This document shows, piece by piece, positions 53,536-63,790 of a stretch of DNA of 64,000 bases. The notes under the pieces were generated by a model that worked only from the letters and a program-made list of their open reading frames with translations, did not search any database and was not told the DNA's origin. The stretch lies in the NCBI GenBank assembly GCA_964291495.2, contig OZ219871.1:1216001-1280000 (forward strand), given 5' to 3'. The position numbers and the translations under genes are program-made. Positions within the stretch are counted from its first letter, which is position 1. Every line of letters starts with the position of its first letter. The DNA is from Dehalococcoidia bacterium (GTDB lineage: Bacteria > Chloroflexota > Dehalococcoidia > UBA2979).

Positions 53536-53717
53536 AGCCCGCTCCGCCCCCCTCTCCCTGGGGAGAGGGCGGGGGTGAGGGGGACGACTCCCGCGCCCCT
53601 CCGAAAGCGCCGACGGCGCAACGAAACTCCAGAGGGCGGATCCTCCCTCACCCTGACCCTCTCCCTCGGGGAGAGGGGACCGGAGGCGATGCGGTCGCGG
53701 CCCCCGAGGAGCGGGCT
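53536..53717. repeat. REPIN-like element: two inverted BoxC-like copies (53547-53582 and 53645-53683) inside a 10-bp inverted repeat
   Basis: AGCCCGCTCC(53536-45)/GGAGCGGGCT(53708-17) flank the inverted repeat pair. Confidence 0.75.
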
Positions 53718-53853
53718 ACGCGAGGGTCTCCAACGGCGGGAGCTGACGCCACCTCGCCATTTGACAGCCCTCCCCCGATCCGGCACTCTGCGGGCGAGTC
53801 CCGCACGCGCGTTCGCGTAACGACATAAGCAGATTGTCGGTACCCAAGAGCCG

Positions 53854-56800
53854 ATGTTCACGCACCTCCATACACACACCGAGTACTCACTGCTGGACGG
53901 GCTCAGCACCATCCCGGACCTCATCGCGCGCGCGAAAGCGCTCGGGCAGGACGCCCTCGCCATCACCGACCACGGCAACCTGCACGGCGCCCTCCAGTTC
54001 TACGAGGAGGCCCGCGCCAACGAGCTCAAGCCGATCATCGGCCTCGAGGGCTACGTCGCGCCGGGCAGCCGCTTCGACCGCAGCGCCGCCTCGCGCACGC
54101 CCTTCCACCTCACCCTGCTCGCGCAGAACGAGACCGGCTACCGCAACCTGCTCAAGCTCTCCAGCGCCTCCCACCTCGAAGGCTTCTACTACCGCCCGCG
54201 CGTCGACCGCGAGCTGCTCGAACGGCACAATGAAGGCCTGATCGCGCTCTCCGCCTGCCCCTCCGGCGAGGTGATGACGGCGCTCCAGGAGGAGCGCGAG
54301 CCCGACGCTCGCGAGGCCCTCGGCTGGTACGCCGACGTCTTCCCCGGCCGCTACTACGTCGAGCTACAAGAGCACGGCCAGGAGCAGTTCAGCCGCTTCA
54401 CGCCGCGGCTCGTCTCGCTCGCCCGCGAGTTCGACCTGCCGCTGGTGCTGACCAACGACTCGCACTACACGACGCCCGAGCAGGAGCACCCGCACGACGT
54501 ACTGCTCTGCATCGGCACCAACTCGACGATTCACGAGACCGACCGCATGAAGCTCGAGAGCGGCACCTTCTACCTGCGCTCCGAGGACGAGATGCGCGCG
54601 CTGCTGCCCGAGCTGCCCGAGGCCTGCGACTCCACCTCGCGCATCGCCGAGCAGGTCGACATCCAGCTCGACTTCGGCCGCACGCTGCTGCCCGACCCCG
54701 GCATCCCCGAGGGCCTGACCGCCGACGCCTACCTGCACCGGCTCTGCGAGGAAGGTCTCGAGCGGCGCTACCGTGATCCCGGCGAGGAGCAGCGCGAGCG
54801 GCTCCGCTACGAGATCGAGGTGATCGCGGAGACCGGGTTCGCCGAGTACATCCTGATCGTGCGTGACATCGCCCGCTTCGCCCGCGAGCAGCGCATCCCG
54901 ATGGGCGTGCGGGGCTCCGCCGCCGCCTCGATCGTCCTCTACTGTCTGGACGTCACCGACATCGAGCCGACGCAGTACCGGCTCGTCTTCGAGCGCTTCC
55001 TCAACCCCGAGCGGCGCGAGATGCCGGACGTCGACTTCGACTTCGCCGACGACCGCCGCGAGGAGGTAATCCGCTACGCCGCCGAGCGCTATGGCCGCGA
55101 CCGCGTCGCGCAGATCGTCACCTTCGGGACGCTCGGCGCGAAGGCCGCGATCCGCGACACGGGGCGCGCCCTCGGCATGTCCTACGGCGAGGTCGACCGC
55201 GTCGCCCGGCTCGTGCCCAACTCGCTCGGCATGACCCTCGACCAGGCGCTCAGCGAGGTCGAGGACCTGCGGCGCGCATTCGAGGAGGACCAGGCGGTCG
55301 GCGAGCTGCTGGACACCGCGCGCAGCCTCGAGGGCGTCGCCCGCCATGCGAGCACGCACGCCGCCGGCATCGTGATCTCGCGCGAGCCGCTGGTCGACGT
55401 CGCGCCGCTGCAGCGCGCCACCTCCGCCCGCGAGGACGACGAGCAGCCGCTGCCGACGACGCAGTTCGACATGAACGACGTGGCGAAGATCGGGCTGCTC
55501 AAGCTCGACTTCCTCGGGCTGGCGAACCTCACGATCCTCGGTCGCGCCGCCGACCTGATCGGCGAGCACCTCGGCGAGCCGCTGGACCTCGAGGCGATCC
55601 CCGACGGGGACGAAGCCACGGCGGACCTGCTACGCGAGGGACGAACGTTCGGCGTCTTCCAGCTGGAGGGCGCCGGGATGCGGCGCTGGGTGACGGAGCT
55701 GCAGCCGCGCGACATCCGCGAGCTGGCGGCGATGATCGCCCTCTACCGCCCCGGCCCGATGGAGCACATCCCGCGCTACATCGAGGTCAAGCACGGCCGC
55801 GCCGCGCCGCACTACCCGCACGAGGACCTCGCGGGCGTCCTCGACGAGACGTACGGGGTGATCACCTACCAGGACCAGGTGCTGGAGATCGCGCGCACCT
55901 TCGCCGGCTACTCGCTCGGCCACGCCGACGTGATGCGCAAGGCGATGGGCAAGAAGATCCCGGAGGTGATGCTCGCCGAGCGCGACAGCTTCATCGAGGG
56001 CGCGCTGGCCAACGGCTACGACCAACGCCTCGCGGAGCAGCTCTTCGACATGATCGAGCCGTTCGCCGGCTACGCCTTCAACAAGGCGCACGCCTTCTCC
56101 TACGGGGTGATCGCCTACCGTACCGCCTGGCTGAAGGCGCATTACCCGGTGCAGTTCATGACCGCGGTGCTGATGGCCGCGGGCGCGCACCCGACGGGGG
56201 CGCAGGAGCGCATCGCGGCGGCGGTCGCCGAGTGTCTTCGTCTCGGCATCTCCGTCCTGCCACCGGACGTCAACCGCTCCGGCGTCAACTTCGCGATCGA
56301 GCGCGTCGGCGACCCCGCGGCCTCCGAGGAGCCGGCGATCCGCTTCGGCATGGCGCAGATCAAGAACGTCGGCGCGGCCGCCGTGGAGGGCCTCGTCGCC
56401 GAGCGCGAGAAGGACGGTCCGTTCGCCTCGATCGAGGACTTCGCGCGCCGCGTCAACGCACGAGACTGCAACCGCCGCGTGCTCGAATCGCTCGCCAAGG
56501 CCGGCGCGCTCGACTGCCTCGGCAGCGACGGCGTGGACCGCTCCGCGATCGTCTACGGCGTGGACCGCATCCTCACCGTCGCGCAGGAGGCGCAGCGCCA
56601 GCGCGACACCGGCCAGACCTCGATGTTCGACCTGTTCGGCGACGAGGTGGACACGCCGCTGCCGGCGCTGGAACTCGAGCCCGTCACGACGCCGCAGCGA
56701 GAGCTGCTGGGCTGGGAGCGCGAGCTGCTCGGCGCCTACGTCTCGGCGCATCCGTTTCGGGAGGCGGCGAAGCGCCTCGCGGAGCACGTCACGCACCAGA

Positions 56801-57663
56801 CGCCGGAGCTGACGGCGGAGCTCGCCGGCCTCGAGGCGGCCGTGGCCGGGATGGTCACGGGCGTGCGGCGGCTGACGACGCGCCAGGGCAAGGCCTTCGC
56901 CGCCGTCACCGTCGAGGACCTCAGCGGCACGGCCGAGCTGACCGTCTGGCCCGACTCCTACGAGGAGCACCAGGGTCTGCTGGTGCATGGCAACGTGCTG
57001 CTGGCGAAGGTGGAGATTCGCGAGCGCGGCGACCGCCTCACGCTCGCCGTCGCCGAGCTCGCCCCGTACGACCAGGAACAACGCAAGCTGCTCAACTTCG
57101 ATCCCGCCCGGTTCACGCCCTCGCGAGGCCGGCGCCGGCAGCGCGGCGCGGACCGGGCAGCTGCCAACGGCGCCAACGGCAACGGCGCGGCGCCCCATCT
57201 CGAGGCGGTCCCGCCGATCGCCGAGGCGACAGCGAGCGGCAACGGGAACGGACGCGGTGTCCCGGCTGCGGCCTCGCCGCCGGGCAACGGCATGCACGGC
57301 CCGGCAGCCGCAGCGAACGGCGGCCGCCGCAACGGCGCGCCGGGCGGACGGCGAGCGCGCCCGGCTCCGCCTCCGGACGGGCCGGAGCGGCTCTGGATCC
57401 TGGTCGAGGAGACGACGGACACCGGCGCGGACCGCCGCCGCCTCGGCAAGATCGTGCAGCTGCTCGAGGCCCACCCCGGCGCGCAGCCCGTGGAGATCGA
57501 GCTCCAGGCGCAGGACGGCCGCAGCGAGCGCCTGCGCCTGCCTCCCGTCGCCGACATCGAGGCCCTCGTGCCCCAGCTCAAGCCGCTGCTCGGCGTGCTC
57601 GGCAGCGCCGCCCGCGCCGGCGACGAGCAGCCAGAGGCGCTCACCACGGCGGAGGCGATCTAG
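53854..57663 (+). CDS. dnaE: DNA polymerase III alpha subunit
   Basis: PHP HLHTHTEYSLLDG/TDHG/NDSHY, RGSAAAS, PDVDFD, KLDFLGL, YAFNKAH, OB fold. Confidence 0.97.
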   Translation: MFTHLHTHTEYSLLDGLSTIPDLIARAKALGQDALAITDHGNLHGALQFYEEARANELKPIIGLEGYVAPGSRFDRSAASRTPFHLTLLAQNETGYRNLLKLSSASHLEGFYYRPRVDRELLERHNEGLIALSACPSGEVMTALQEEREPDAREALGWYADVFPGRYYVELQEHGQEQFSRFTPRLVSLAREFDLPLVLTNDSHYTTPEQEHPHDVLLCIGTNSTIHETDRMKLESGTFYLRSEDEMRALLPELPEACDSTSRIAEQVDIQLDFGRTLLPDPGIPEGLTADAYLHRLCEEGLERRYRDPGEEQRERLRYEIEVIAETGFAEYILIVRDIARFAREQRIPMGVRGSAAASIVLYCLDVTDIEPTQYRLVFERFLNPERREMPDVDFDFADDRREEVIRYAAERYGRDRVAQIVTFGTLGAKAAIRDTGRALGMSYGEVDRVARLVPNSLGMTLDQALSEVEDLRRAFEEDQAVGELLDTARSLEGVARHASTHAAGIVISREPLVDVAPLQRATSAREDDEQPLPTTQFDMNDVAKIGLLKLDFLGLANLTILGRAADLIGEHLGEPLDLEAIPDGDEATADLLREGRTFGVFQLEGAGMRRWVTELQPRDIRELAAMIALYRPGPMEHIPRYIEVKHGRAAPHYPHEDLAGVLDETYGVITYQDQVLEIARTFAGYSLGHADVMRKAMGKKIPEVMLAERDSFIEGALANGYDQRLAEQLFDMIEPFAGYAFNKAHAFSYGVIAYRTAWLKAHYPVQFMTAVLMAAGAHPTGAQERIAAAVAECLRLGISVLPPDVNRSGVNFAIERVGDPAASEEPAIRFGMAQIKNVGAAAVEGLVAEREKDGPFASIEDFARRVNARDCNRRVLESLAKAGALDCLGSDGVDRSAIVYGVDRILTVAQEAQRQRDTGQTSMFDLFGDEVDTPLPALELEPVTTPQRELLGWERELLGAYVSAHPFREAAKRLAEHVTHQTPELTAELAGLEAAVAGMVTGVRRLTTRQGKAFAAVTVEDLSGTAELTVWPDSYEEHQGLLVHGNVLLAKVEIRERGDRLTLAVAELAPYDQEQRKLLNFDPARFTPSRGRRRQRGADRAAANGANGNGAAPHLEAVPPIAEATASGNGNGRGVPAAASPPGNGMHGPAAAANGGRRNGAPGGRRARPAPPPDGPERLWILVEETTDTGADRRRLGKIVQLLEAHPGAQPVEIELQAQDGRSERLRLPPVADIEALVPQLKPLLGVLGSAARAGDEQPEALTTAEAI

Positions 57664-57725
57664 CGCCACTTCGGCCGTAGCGCCCGCGCCAGCGCTTGAG
57701 AAGATCGGGCGCTACTATCGGGCTC

Positions 57726-59762
57726 GTGCTACGCATGACCCCCACGGCGCAGCGGTCGGCGCTACGGTTCCGCGAGGTCCTGACCCGCCGGATCGAGCGC
57801 TCGCCCCGCGCGGGGCCGATGGTGCTCGCAGCCGTCGTCGGGCTCGGCGCCGGGCTCGCCGCCGTCGGCTTCTCGATCCTCGTCGAACTGAGCGACCGCT
57901 TCTTCTTCGACATCCTCAAGGACGAGTGGCTGGTCGGACTGCCCAACGCGCGGCTGATCCTGATCCCCGCGATCGGCGGGCTGCTCGTTGGCCCGATCAC
58001 CTACCTCCTCGCGCCGGGGGCGCGGGGCCACTCGATCCCCGAGGTGATGGCGGCGCTGGACTCGCGCGGCGGGCGGCTGCCAGCCACAGATGCGGTCGCG
58101 AAGATCGCCGCGGCGACGATCACGATCGGCTCCGGCGGCGCCGTGGGGAGGCAGGGGCCGGTCGTCTTCATCGGCGCGGCGTTCGGCTCCCTCGCCGGGC
58201 GCATCCTGCTGCTCAACGAGCAGACGATGCGGCTGCTCGCGGCGGCGGGCGCGGCCGGCGGGGTCGCAGGCGTCTTCAACGCGCCGATCGCCGGCGTCTT
58301 CTTCGCGCTCGAGGTGCTGTTGCGGCGCTTCAGCACGCGCAACTTCAGCACCGTCGTGCTCGCCTCGATCGTCGCAACGGTCACCGCGATCGCGTTGCGC
58401 GGCGACGAGCTGGCGATCCCCGTGCCGACCCACCAGCACCTGACGAGCATCGAGGAGGCCCCGCTCTACGCCGTGCTCGGCGTGCTGTGCGGGCTCGTCG
58501 GCGTCGCCTTCATCCGCGTCTTCTACTGGACCGAGGATGGCGTCGCACGCCTCTCCGGCATCCCGGGCTGGCTGCTGCCGGCCGTCGGCGGCGCAATCGT
58601 CGGCGCGCTCGCCCTGTACGACGGGAGCATCCTCGGCATCCGCGAGATCGCCCGCGACGAGGCGCTCACCGGGGAAGGCGTGGTCGGCGTCATGCTGGCC
58701 CTGCTGCTGCTGAAGATGGCGGCGACCTCGATCAGCGCCGGCAGCGGGGGCAGCGGCGGCGTGTTCTTCCCCGCGCTCTTCATCGGCGCGATGACCGGCG
58801 GCGTCTTCGAGGAGGCCGCGGTCTACCTGCTTCCCGACGTTGTCGACGACTCCGGCACGTACGCCACCGTGGGGATGGCCGCCGTGTTCGCCGCCGCCTC
58901 GCGTGCCCCGATCACCTCGACCCTGATCCTCGTGGAGATGACGGATGACTTCGGCCTGATGGTGCCGCTGCTGATCTCCATCACCGCCGCCACCGTCGTC
59001 TCCCAGCTGCTCAGCCGGGGCACGATCTACTCGATCAAGGCGGAGCGCCTCGGCGTCGCCATCGAGGAGGACGTGGAGCCCTCGGACGTGATGGCGCAGT
59101 TGCGCGTCTCGGATGCGATGTCGCCGATGATGGTGGCATTCGGCCCCGACGCCACCCTCGACGAGATCACGCTGGCGTTCGAGGGCGACCCGGATCCGAT
59201 CGCCCTCGTGGTACGGGAGAACGGCGAGATCTACGGCATCCTCACCGGCGCCGACATCGGCGAGGCGCTCGCCCACGGCGAGCAGAACGCCACGGCGGCC
59301 GACATCTGCACGACGTACCTGCGCACGATCCACCCGGACCAGACGCTGCTCGAGGCGCTCAACCTCTTCGCCTCGCAAGACATCCGCGCACTGCCCGTGG
59401 TGGAGCCCGACGACCCGTGGCGCCCCGCCGGGCTGCTGCGCCGCGGCGACATCACGCGCGCCTACGCCGAGGCCGTGGACCGCCGCGCATCGCGCGCCCG
59501 GCGGCGGCGCCTGCGGCCCGTGCGGCGCAGCGACAACGTGCGCTACCTGGAGCTGCGCGTCACGCACGAGAGCGGCCTCGACGGCAAGGAACTCTCCGAC
59601 ATCGATCTCACCGAGGACGCCGTGATCGTCGCGGTCCGCCACGAGGGCGCCACGCTGATCCCGCGCGGCCACACGCGGCTCGCCGAGGGCGACCGCGTCA
59701 CGATCATCGCCAGCGCCGCGGCCGTCGCCGAGGTGCGGGCGACGTTTGAGGGCCACTCGTGA
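57726..59762 (+). CDS. CLC chloride channel family protein with CBS pair and TrkA-C domain
   Basis: GHSIPE, GRQGP, FNAPIAG.FFALE, GGVFFP, TIY; CBS and RCK_C (IPRG.T.L.EGD) at the C-terminus. Confidence 0.92.
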   Translation: MLRMTPTAQRSALRFREVLTRRIERSPRAGPMVLAAVVGLGAGLAAVGFSILVELSDRFFFDILKDEWLVGLPNARLILIPAIGGLLVGPITYLLAPGARGHSIPEVMAALDSRGGRLPATDAVAKIAAATITIGSGGAVGRQGPVVFIGAAFGSLAGRILLLNEQTMRLLAAAGAAGGVAGVFNAPIAGVFFALEVLLRRFSTRNFSTVVLASIVATVTAIALRGDELAIPVPTHQHLTSIEEAPLYAVLGVLCGLVGVAFIRVFYWTEDGVARLSGIPGWLLPAVGGAIVGALALYDGSILGIREIARDEALTGEGVVGVMLALLLLKMAATSISAGSGGSGGVFFPALFIGAMTGGVFEEAAVYLLPDVVDDSGTYATVGMAAVFAAASRAPITSTLILVEMTDDFGLMVPLLISITAATVVSQLLSRGTIYSIKAERLGVAIEEDVEPSDVMAQLRVSDAMSPMMVAFGPDATLDEITLAFEGDPDPIALVVRENGEIYGILTGADIGEALAHGEQNATAADICTTYLRTIHPDQTLLEALNLFASQDIRALPVVEPDDPWRPAGLLRRGDITRAYAEAVDRRASRARRRRLRPVRRSDNVRYLELRVTHESGLDGKELSDIDLTEDAVIVAVRHEGATLIPRGHTRLAEGDRVTIIASAAAVAEVRATFEGHS

Positions 59763-59851
59763 CACAGCGGCGGTCGCCCGGCGCGCCCCTCCCGGCCTGA
59801 ACGGGTAGACTGAACCCACGGCCCCTTCCTGCCCGTTCGAGACGGAAGGCG

Positions 59852-60862
59852 ATGGCGCAGCAATCCCCCGAGGCAGAGGCCCTGCGACCGCCCGACGAAG
59901 CCGGGTCGTCCCGCACGCAGTCCGTGATCGGGAACGTGACGAGCGAGATCGGGCGCGTCATCGTCGGACAGGACCAGCTGATCGAGCGGCTGCTGGTCGC
60001 CCTCCTCACGGGGCAGCACGCGCTGATCGAGGGCGCCCCCGGCCTCGCCAAGACGCTGACGGTCTCGACGCTGGCGCGCACCCTCAAGCTCTCCTTCTCG
60101 CGCATCCAGTTCACGCCGGACCTGCTGCCGGCGGACATCACCGGCACGCTCGTCTTCCAGCAGTCGGACGGCCAGTTCCGGCTGCGGCGGGGCCCGCTCT
60201 TCGCGAACGTCATCCTCGCGGACGAGATCAATCGCGCGCCCGCCAAGGTGCAGTCGGCGCTCCTCGAGGCGATGCAGGAGCGCCAGGTCACGATCGGCGG
60301 CACGAGCTACCCCCTGCCGCAACCGTTCTTCGTGCTCGCCACCCAGAACCCGATCGAGCACGAGGGCACCTACCCCCTGCCCGAGGCGCAGCTCGACCGC
60401 TTCATGCTGAAGATCCTCGTCGGCTACCCGGATCGGGAGTCCGAGCGCAGCATCATCCGCCGCGCGCTCGAGCAGGAGGACGTCGAGGTGGAGCCCGCCG
60501 CCGGACAGCGCGACCTCGAGGCGCTCACCCTCGAGAGCCGGCGGATCGAGGTGAACGAACGCATCCGCGAGTACATCGTGCGGCTGCTGGAGGCGACGCG
60601 GGAGCCCGCGCGCTACCAGCTCGAGGATCTGGAGCCGCTGATCGAGTTCGGCGCATCGCCGCGCTCCGGCGCGATGCTGGCGCAGGCGGTGCGCAGCCTC
60701 GCCTGCATTCGCGGGCGCGGCTACGCCCTGCCCGAGGACGTAAAGGAACTCGCCCCGGACGTGCTCCGCCACCGGCTGGTGCTCACCTACGAGGCCGAGG
60801 CGCGAGGCGTCAGCCCCGACCAGATCGTAGAGCGGCTGCTGGCCGGCGTCGGGATCCCCTGA
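59852..60862 (+). CDS. MoxR family AAA+ ATPase
   Basis: GAPGLAKT, RIQFTPDLLPADITG, DEINRAPAKVQSALLEAMQE, PEAQLDRF. Confidence 0.95.
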   Translation: MAQQSPEAEALRPPDEAGSSRTQSVIGNVTSEIGRVIVGQDQLIERLLVALLTGQHALIEGAPGLAKTLTVSTLARTLKLSFSRIQFTPDLLPADITGTLVFQQSDGQFRLRRGPLFANVILADEINRAPAKVQSALLEAMQERQVTIGGTSYPLPQPFFVLATQNPIEHEGTYPLPEAQLDRFMLKILVGYPDRESERSIIRRALEQEDVEVEPAAGQRDLEALTLESRRIEVNERIREYIVRLLEATREPARYQLEDLEPLIEFGASPRSGAMLAQAVRSLACIRGRGYALPEDVKELAPDVLRHRLVLTYEAEARGVSPDQIVERLLAGVGIP

Positions 60863-60864
60863 GC

Positions 60865-61839
60865 GTGCGCGCACGCCTGCTCGGCCTGCTGCGCGGCGGG
60901 GCGAGGGGGCCCCGCGACACGCACGATCTGCGCCCCGAATCCCTCGAGGGAGCCAGCGCGCCCCCGCTCCCGCCGCGCCTGCTCGCCTCCGCGCGCCGCC
61001 TCGAGATCCGCGCCCGCCGGCTCGTCACCAGCGAGCTCGGCGGCGAGTACCGCAGCACCTTCCGCGGTGCCGGCATCGAGTTCGCCGAGGCGCGCGAGTA
61101 CGTCCCCGGCGACGACGTGCGCCGCATCGACTGGAACGTCACCGCGCGCATGGGCGCGCCCTGGGTCAAGGAGTACATCGAGGAGCGCGAGCTGCACCTC
61201 GTCTGCGCCGTCGATGTCTCCGCCTCGCAGCTGGCCGGGCGGCCCGCGCAGGGCCGTCGCGACGCCGCCGCCGAGGTCTGCGCGCTGGTCACGCTCGCCG
61301 CCGCCTACAGCCACGACCGCACCGGCCTGCTGACCTTCAGCAACCGCATCGAGCGCTACGTGCCGCCCGCCAAGGGCACGCGCCACGCGATGCGCCTCGT
61401 GCGCGAGGTGCTGCAGCCCGACCAGCCGCAGCCGACCACCTCGATCGCCACGGCCTGCGACTACCTCGTGCGCGTGCTGCGCCGCCGCTCCACCGTCTTC
61501 CTCATCTCGGACTTCATCGACGACGGTTACGAGCGGCCCCTGCGCGATCTCGCCCGCCGCCACGAGGTCATCGCCATCGTGCTCGTCGACCCGCTCGACG
61601 AGGCGCTGCCGGACGCCGGCATCGTCGAGCTCGAGGACATCGAGCGCGGGGGACGCCTGCTGGTCGACAGCTCCGACGAGGGCCTGCGCCGCCGCTACGC
61701 CGAGGCGGCTGCGGAGCGGCGGGAGCGGCGCGCCGCCACGCTGCGGCGCGCGGGCGTCGAGGAACTGATCGTGCGCACTGATGCCGACGCCGCCGCGCCC
61801 GTCCTCGAGTACTTCCGCCGCCGGAGCCGCCGCACATGA
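60865..61839 (+). CDS. DUF58 domain protein
   Basis: G.GIEFAEAREYVPGDDVRRIDWNVTAR, VDVSAS, ISDF. Confidence 0.92.
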   Translation: MRARLLGLLRGGARGPRDTHDLRPESLEGASAPPLPPRLLASARRLEIRARRLVTSELGGEYRSTFRGAGIEFAEAREYVPGDDVRRIDWNVTARMGAPWVKEYIEERELHLVCAVDVSASQLAGRPAQGRRDAAAEVCALVTLAAAYSHDRTGLLTFSNRIERYVPPAKGTRHAMRLVREVLQPDQPQPTTSIATACDYLVRVLRRRSTVFLISDFIDDGYERPLRDLARRHEVIAIVLVDPLDEALPDAGIVELEDIERGGRLLVDSSDEGLRRRYAEAAAERRERRAATLRRAGVEELIVRTDADAAAPVLEYFRRRSRRT

Positions 61840-62843
61840 CCCGCGCAGCGCTGGCGGTCGCGGCTCTGGCGCTGGCCGTTCTCGCGGTCGTCGGCGCGCT
61901 CGCCGTCGCGCCGGCCTCGGCGCAGCGGGCCTCGCCGCTGGAGTTGCGCGTCGAGGTGACGCCGCGCACGGCTACCCTCGGCGACCGGGTGCGGATCACG
62001 ATCATCGCCACGCACGCCGAGCCGCTGCTGCTCACCGCCGATCCGCCCTCGCGCGGGGACGAGTTGCAGCTGATCGAGGCGCTTCCCCCAGAAACCGTGA
62101 CGCTTCCCGACGGCTCGCTGCAGACCGAGATCGCGTTCACCGTCGCCGCGTTCACGCTCGGCGCGCAGGACGCCGGCCCCCTGCGCGTCTTCTGGCTGCG
62201 CCAGGACGGCAGCTCCGGCGAGGTGCAGGCGATCCCGCCCACCTTCGAGGTCGCAAGCGCGCTCCTCGACGACTCCGGGGCGCTGCGGCCGCTGAAGCCG
62301 CAGGCGGCGTTCGGCGAGCCGCCTCCCGCCTGGGTGCGCCCCGCGGTTGTGGGCGGCGCGCTGCTGGCGCTCGCGCTCCTCGCGGCGCTTGCCGTGCGCT
62401 GGCTGCGACGGCGCACCCCGGCGCCCGCCCCGCCGCCGGAGCAGCTCGATCTCGCACCCGAGACGTTCGCGCAGCGCCGGCTCGAGGCATTGGCCGCGAG
62501 CGGCGCCCTCGCACGCGGGGAATACGAGCGCTTCTACGGCACGCTCTCGATCGTGCTGCGCGACTATCTGGCGGCGCGCTTCAGCTTCAACGCCCCGGCC
62601 CTCACCACGCCCGAGCTGGACCGTTCGATGGGCGGCCACGGGGTGGAGCGCTGGCAGGCGCGACTCGCCGGCGGCCTGCTCGAACGCTGCGACGCCGCCG
62701 TCTACGCGGGCCGTCACCCCGATCCGGGCTCAGCCGACCACGATCTGACCGTGGCCTTCGAGATCATCGACCTGTCACGCACGCGCCCACCCACCCCCGC
62801 GGGCGCCTACGGCGGGGCCGGCCCGGCAGCGAGGCAACCATGA
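61836..62843 (+). CDS. Bat-operon-associated membrane protein (BatD-like N-terminus)
   Basis: Signal peptide, Ig-like TLGD.V, TM, LRDYL..RF...TTPEL; position between DUF58 and VWA genes. Confidence 0.65.
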   Translation: MTRAALAVAALALAVLAVVGALAVAPASAQRASPLELRVEVTPRTATLGDRVRITIIATHAEPLLLTADPPSRGDELQLIEALPPETVTLPDGSLQTEIAFTVAAFTLGAQDAGPLRVFWLRQDGSSGEVQAIPPTFEVASALLDDSGALRPLKPQAAFGEPPPAWVRPAVVGGALLALALLAALAVRWLRRRTPAPAPPPEQLDLAPETFAQRRLEALAASGALARGEYERFYGTLSIVLRDYLAARFSFNAPALTTPELDRSMGGHGVERWQARLAGGLLERCDAAVYAGRHPDPGSADHDLTVAFEIIDLSRTRPPTPAGAYGGAGPAARQP

Positions 62844-63790
62844 GCTTCGCGACCCCCTGGCTGCTGCTGCTGCTCCCGCTTGCCGGGGCCTTCCTGCTCG
62901 CCCGCGCGCTGTTCCGGCCGCGGCGGCCCCGGCTCGCGGTCGCCGACCTCGCGCCGCTCAGCGCGGCCGCCGCCCCCAGCTGGCGGCTGCGGCTGCGCTG
63001 GCTGCCCTGGCTGCTGCGCGTCGCCGCGATCGCGCTGCTGATTCTTGCCGCCGCTCGCCCCCAGCGCGGTCTCGCCCTTACCACGCTCCCCGAGGACGGC
63101 ATCGACATCGTCGTCGTCCTCGATGTCTCCGGCTCGATGAGCCAGCTCGCCGAGCCGGGCCGGAACGCGCCCAGCAAGCTCGAGGCCGCGCAGGAGGTGA
63201 TCGGCGAGTTCATCGAGAGCCTCGAGGGCGACCGCATCGGCCTCGTCGCCTTCCAGTCGCGCGCGATCCTGCTCTCGCCGCTCACGCTCGATCACGACGC
63301 GCTCGGGCGGCAGGTCGAGGCCGCCGAGTCCGGGCTGATCCCGGACGGCACGGCGATCGGCCTCGGCATCGCCGAGGCGCTCAACCTGCTGCGCGAGTCG
63401 CCCGCGCGGAGCCGCATCGCCGTGCTGCTGACGGACGGCGAGAACAACCAGGGCGAGGTGCCGCCGATGCAGGCTGCGCGCATCGCCGAGACGCTCGGCA
63501 TCCGCGTCTACACGATCGGCCTTCACGGCGCCGCACGCGGCGGCAGCCAGGTCGACGTGCGGCTGCTGCAGCAGATCGCCGCCGTCACAGGCGCCGGCTA
63601 CTTCGACGCCGCCACGCAGGTCGAGCTCTCCGAGGCCTACCGCGAGGTCAGCCGGCTTGAACGCAGCCGCGTGGGAGAGCGGCGCTTCACCGAATTCCAC
63701 GAGTACGGGCCGCTGCTCGCAGTCGCCGCGCTGCTGCTGCTGGCGGCCGAGGCGGGCCTGCGCGCAACCGTCTTCCGGAGATACCCGTGA
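62840..63790 (+). CDS. VWA domain protein (BatA-like)
   Basis: F..PW.LLLL, LARPQ-like AARPQ, MIDAS DVSGSM, GTAIG, LLTDGENN. Confidence 0.92.
   Translation: MSFATPWLLLLLPLAGAFLLARALFRPRRPRLAVADLAPLSAAAAPSWRLRLRWLPWLLRVAAIALLILAAARPQRGLALTTLPEDGIDIVVVLDVSGSMSQLAEPGRNAPSKLEAAQEVIGEFIESLEGDRIGLVAFQSRAILLSPLTLDHDALGRQVEAAESGLIPDGTAIGLGIAEALNLLRESPARSRIAVLLTDGENNQGEVPPMQAARIAETLGIRVYTIGLHGAARGGSQVDVRLLQQIAAVTGAGYFDAATQVELSEAYREVSRLERSRVGERRFTEFHEYGPLLAVAALLLLAAEAGLRATVFRRYP

Noticed and set aside
53802-53815. Possible LexA box before dnaE (CGCAC-GCGC-GTTCG)
   Set aside because: One mismatch in the GAAC core; the gene looks like the replicative DnaE with no imuAB; likely chance in GC-rich DNA.
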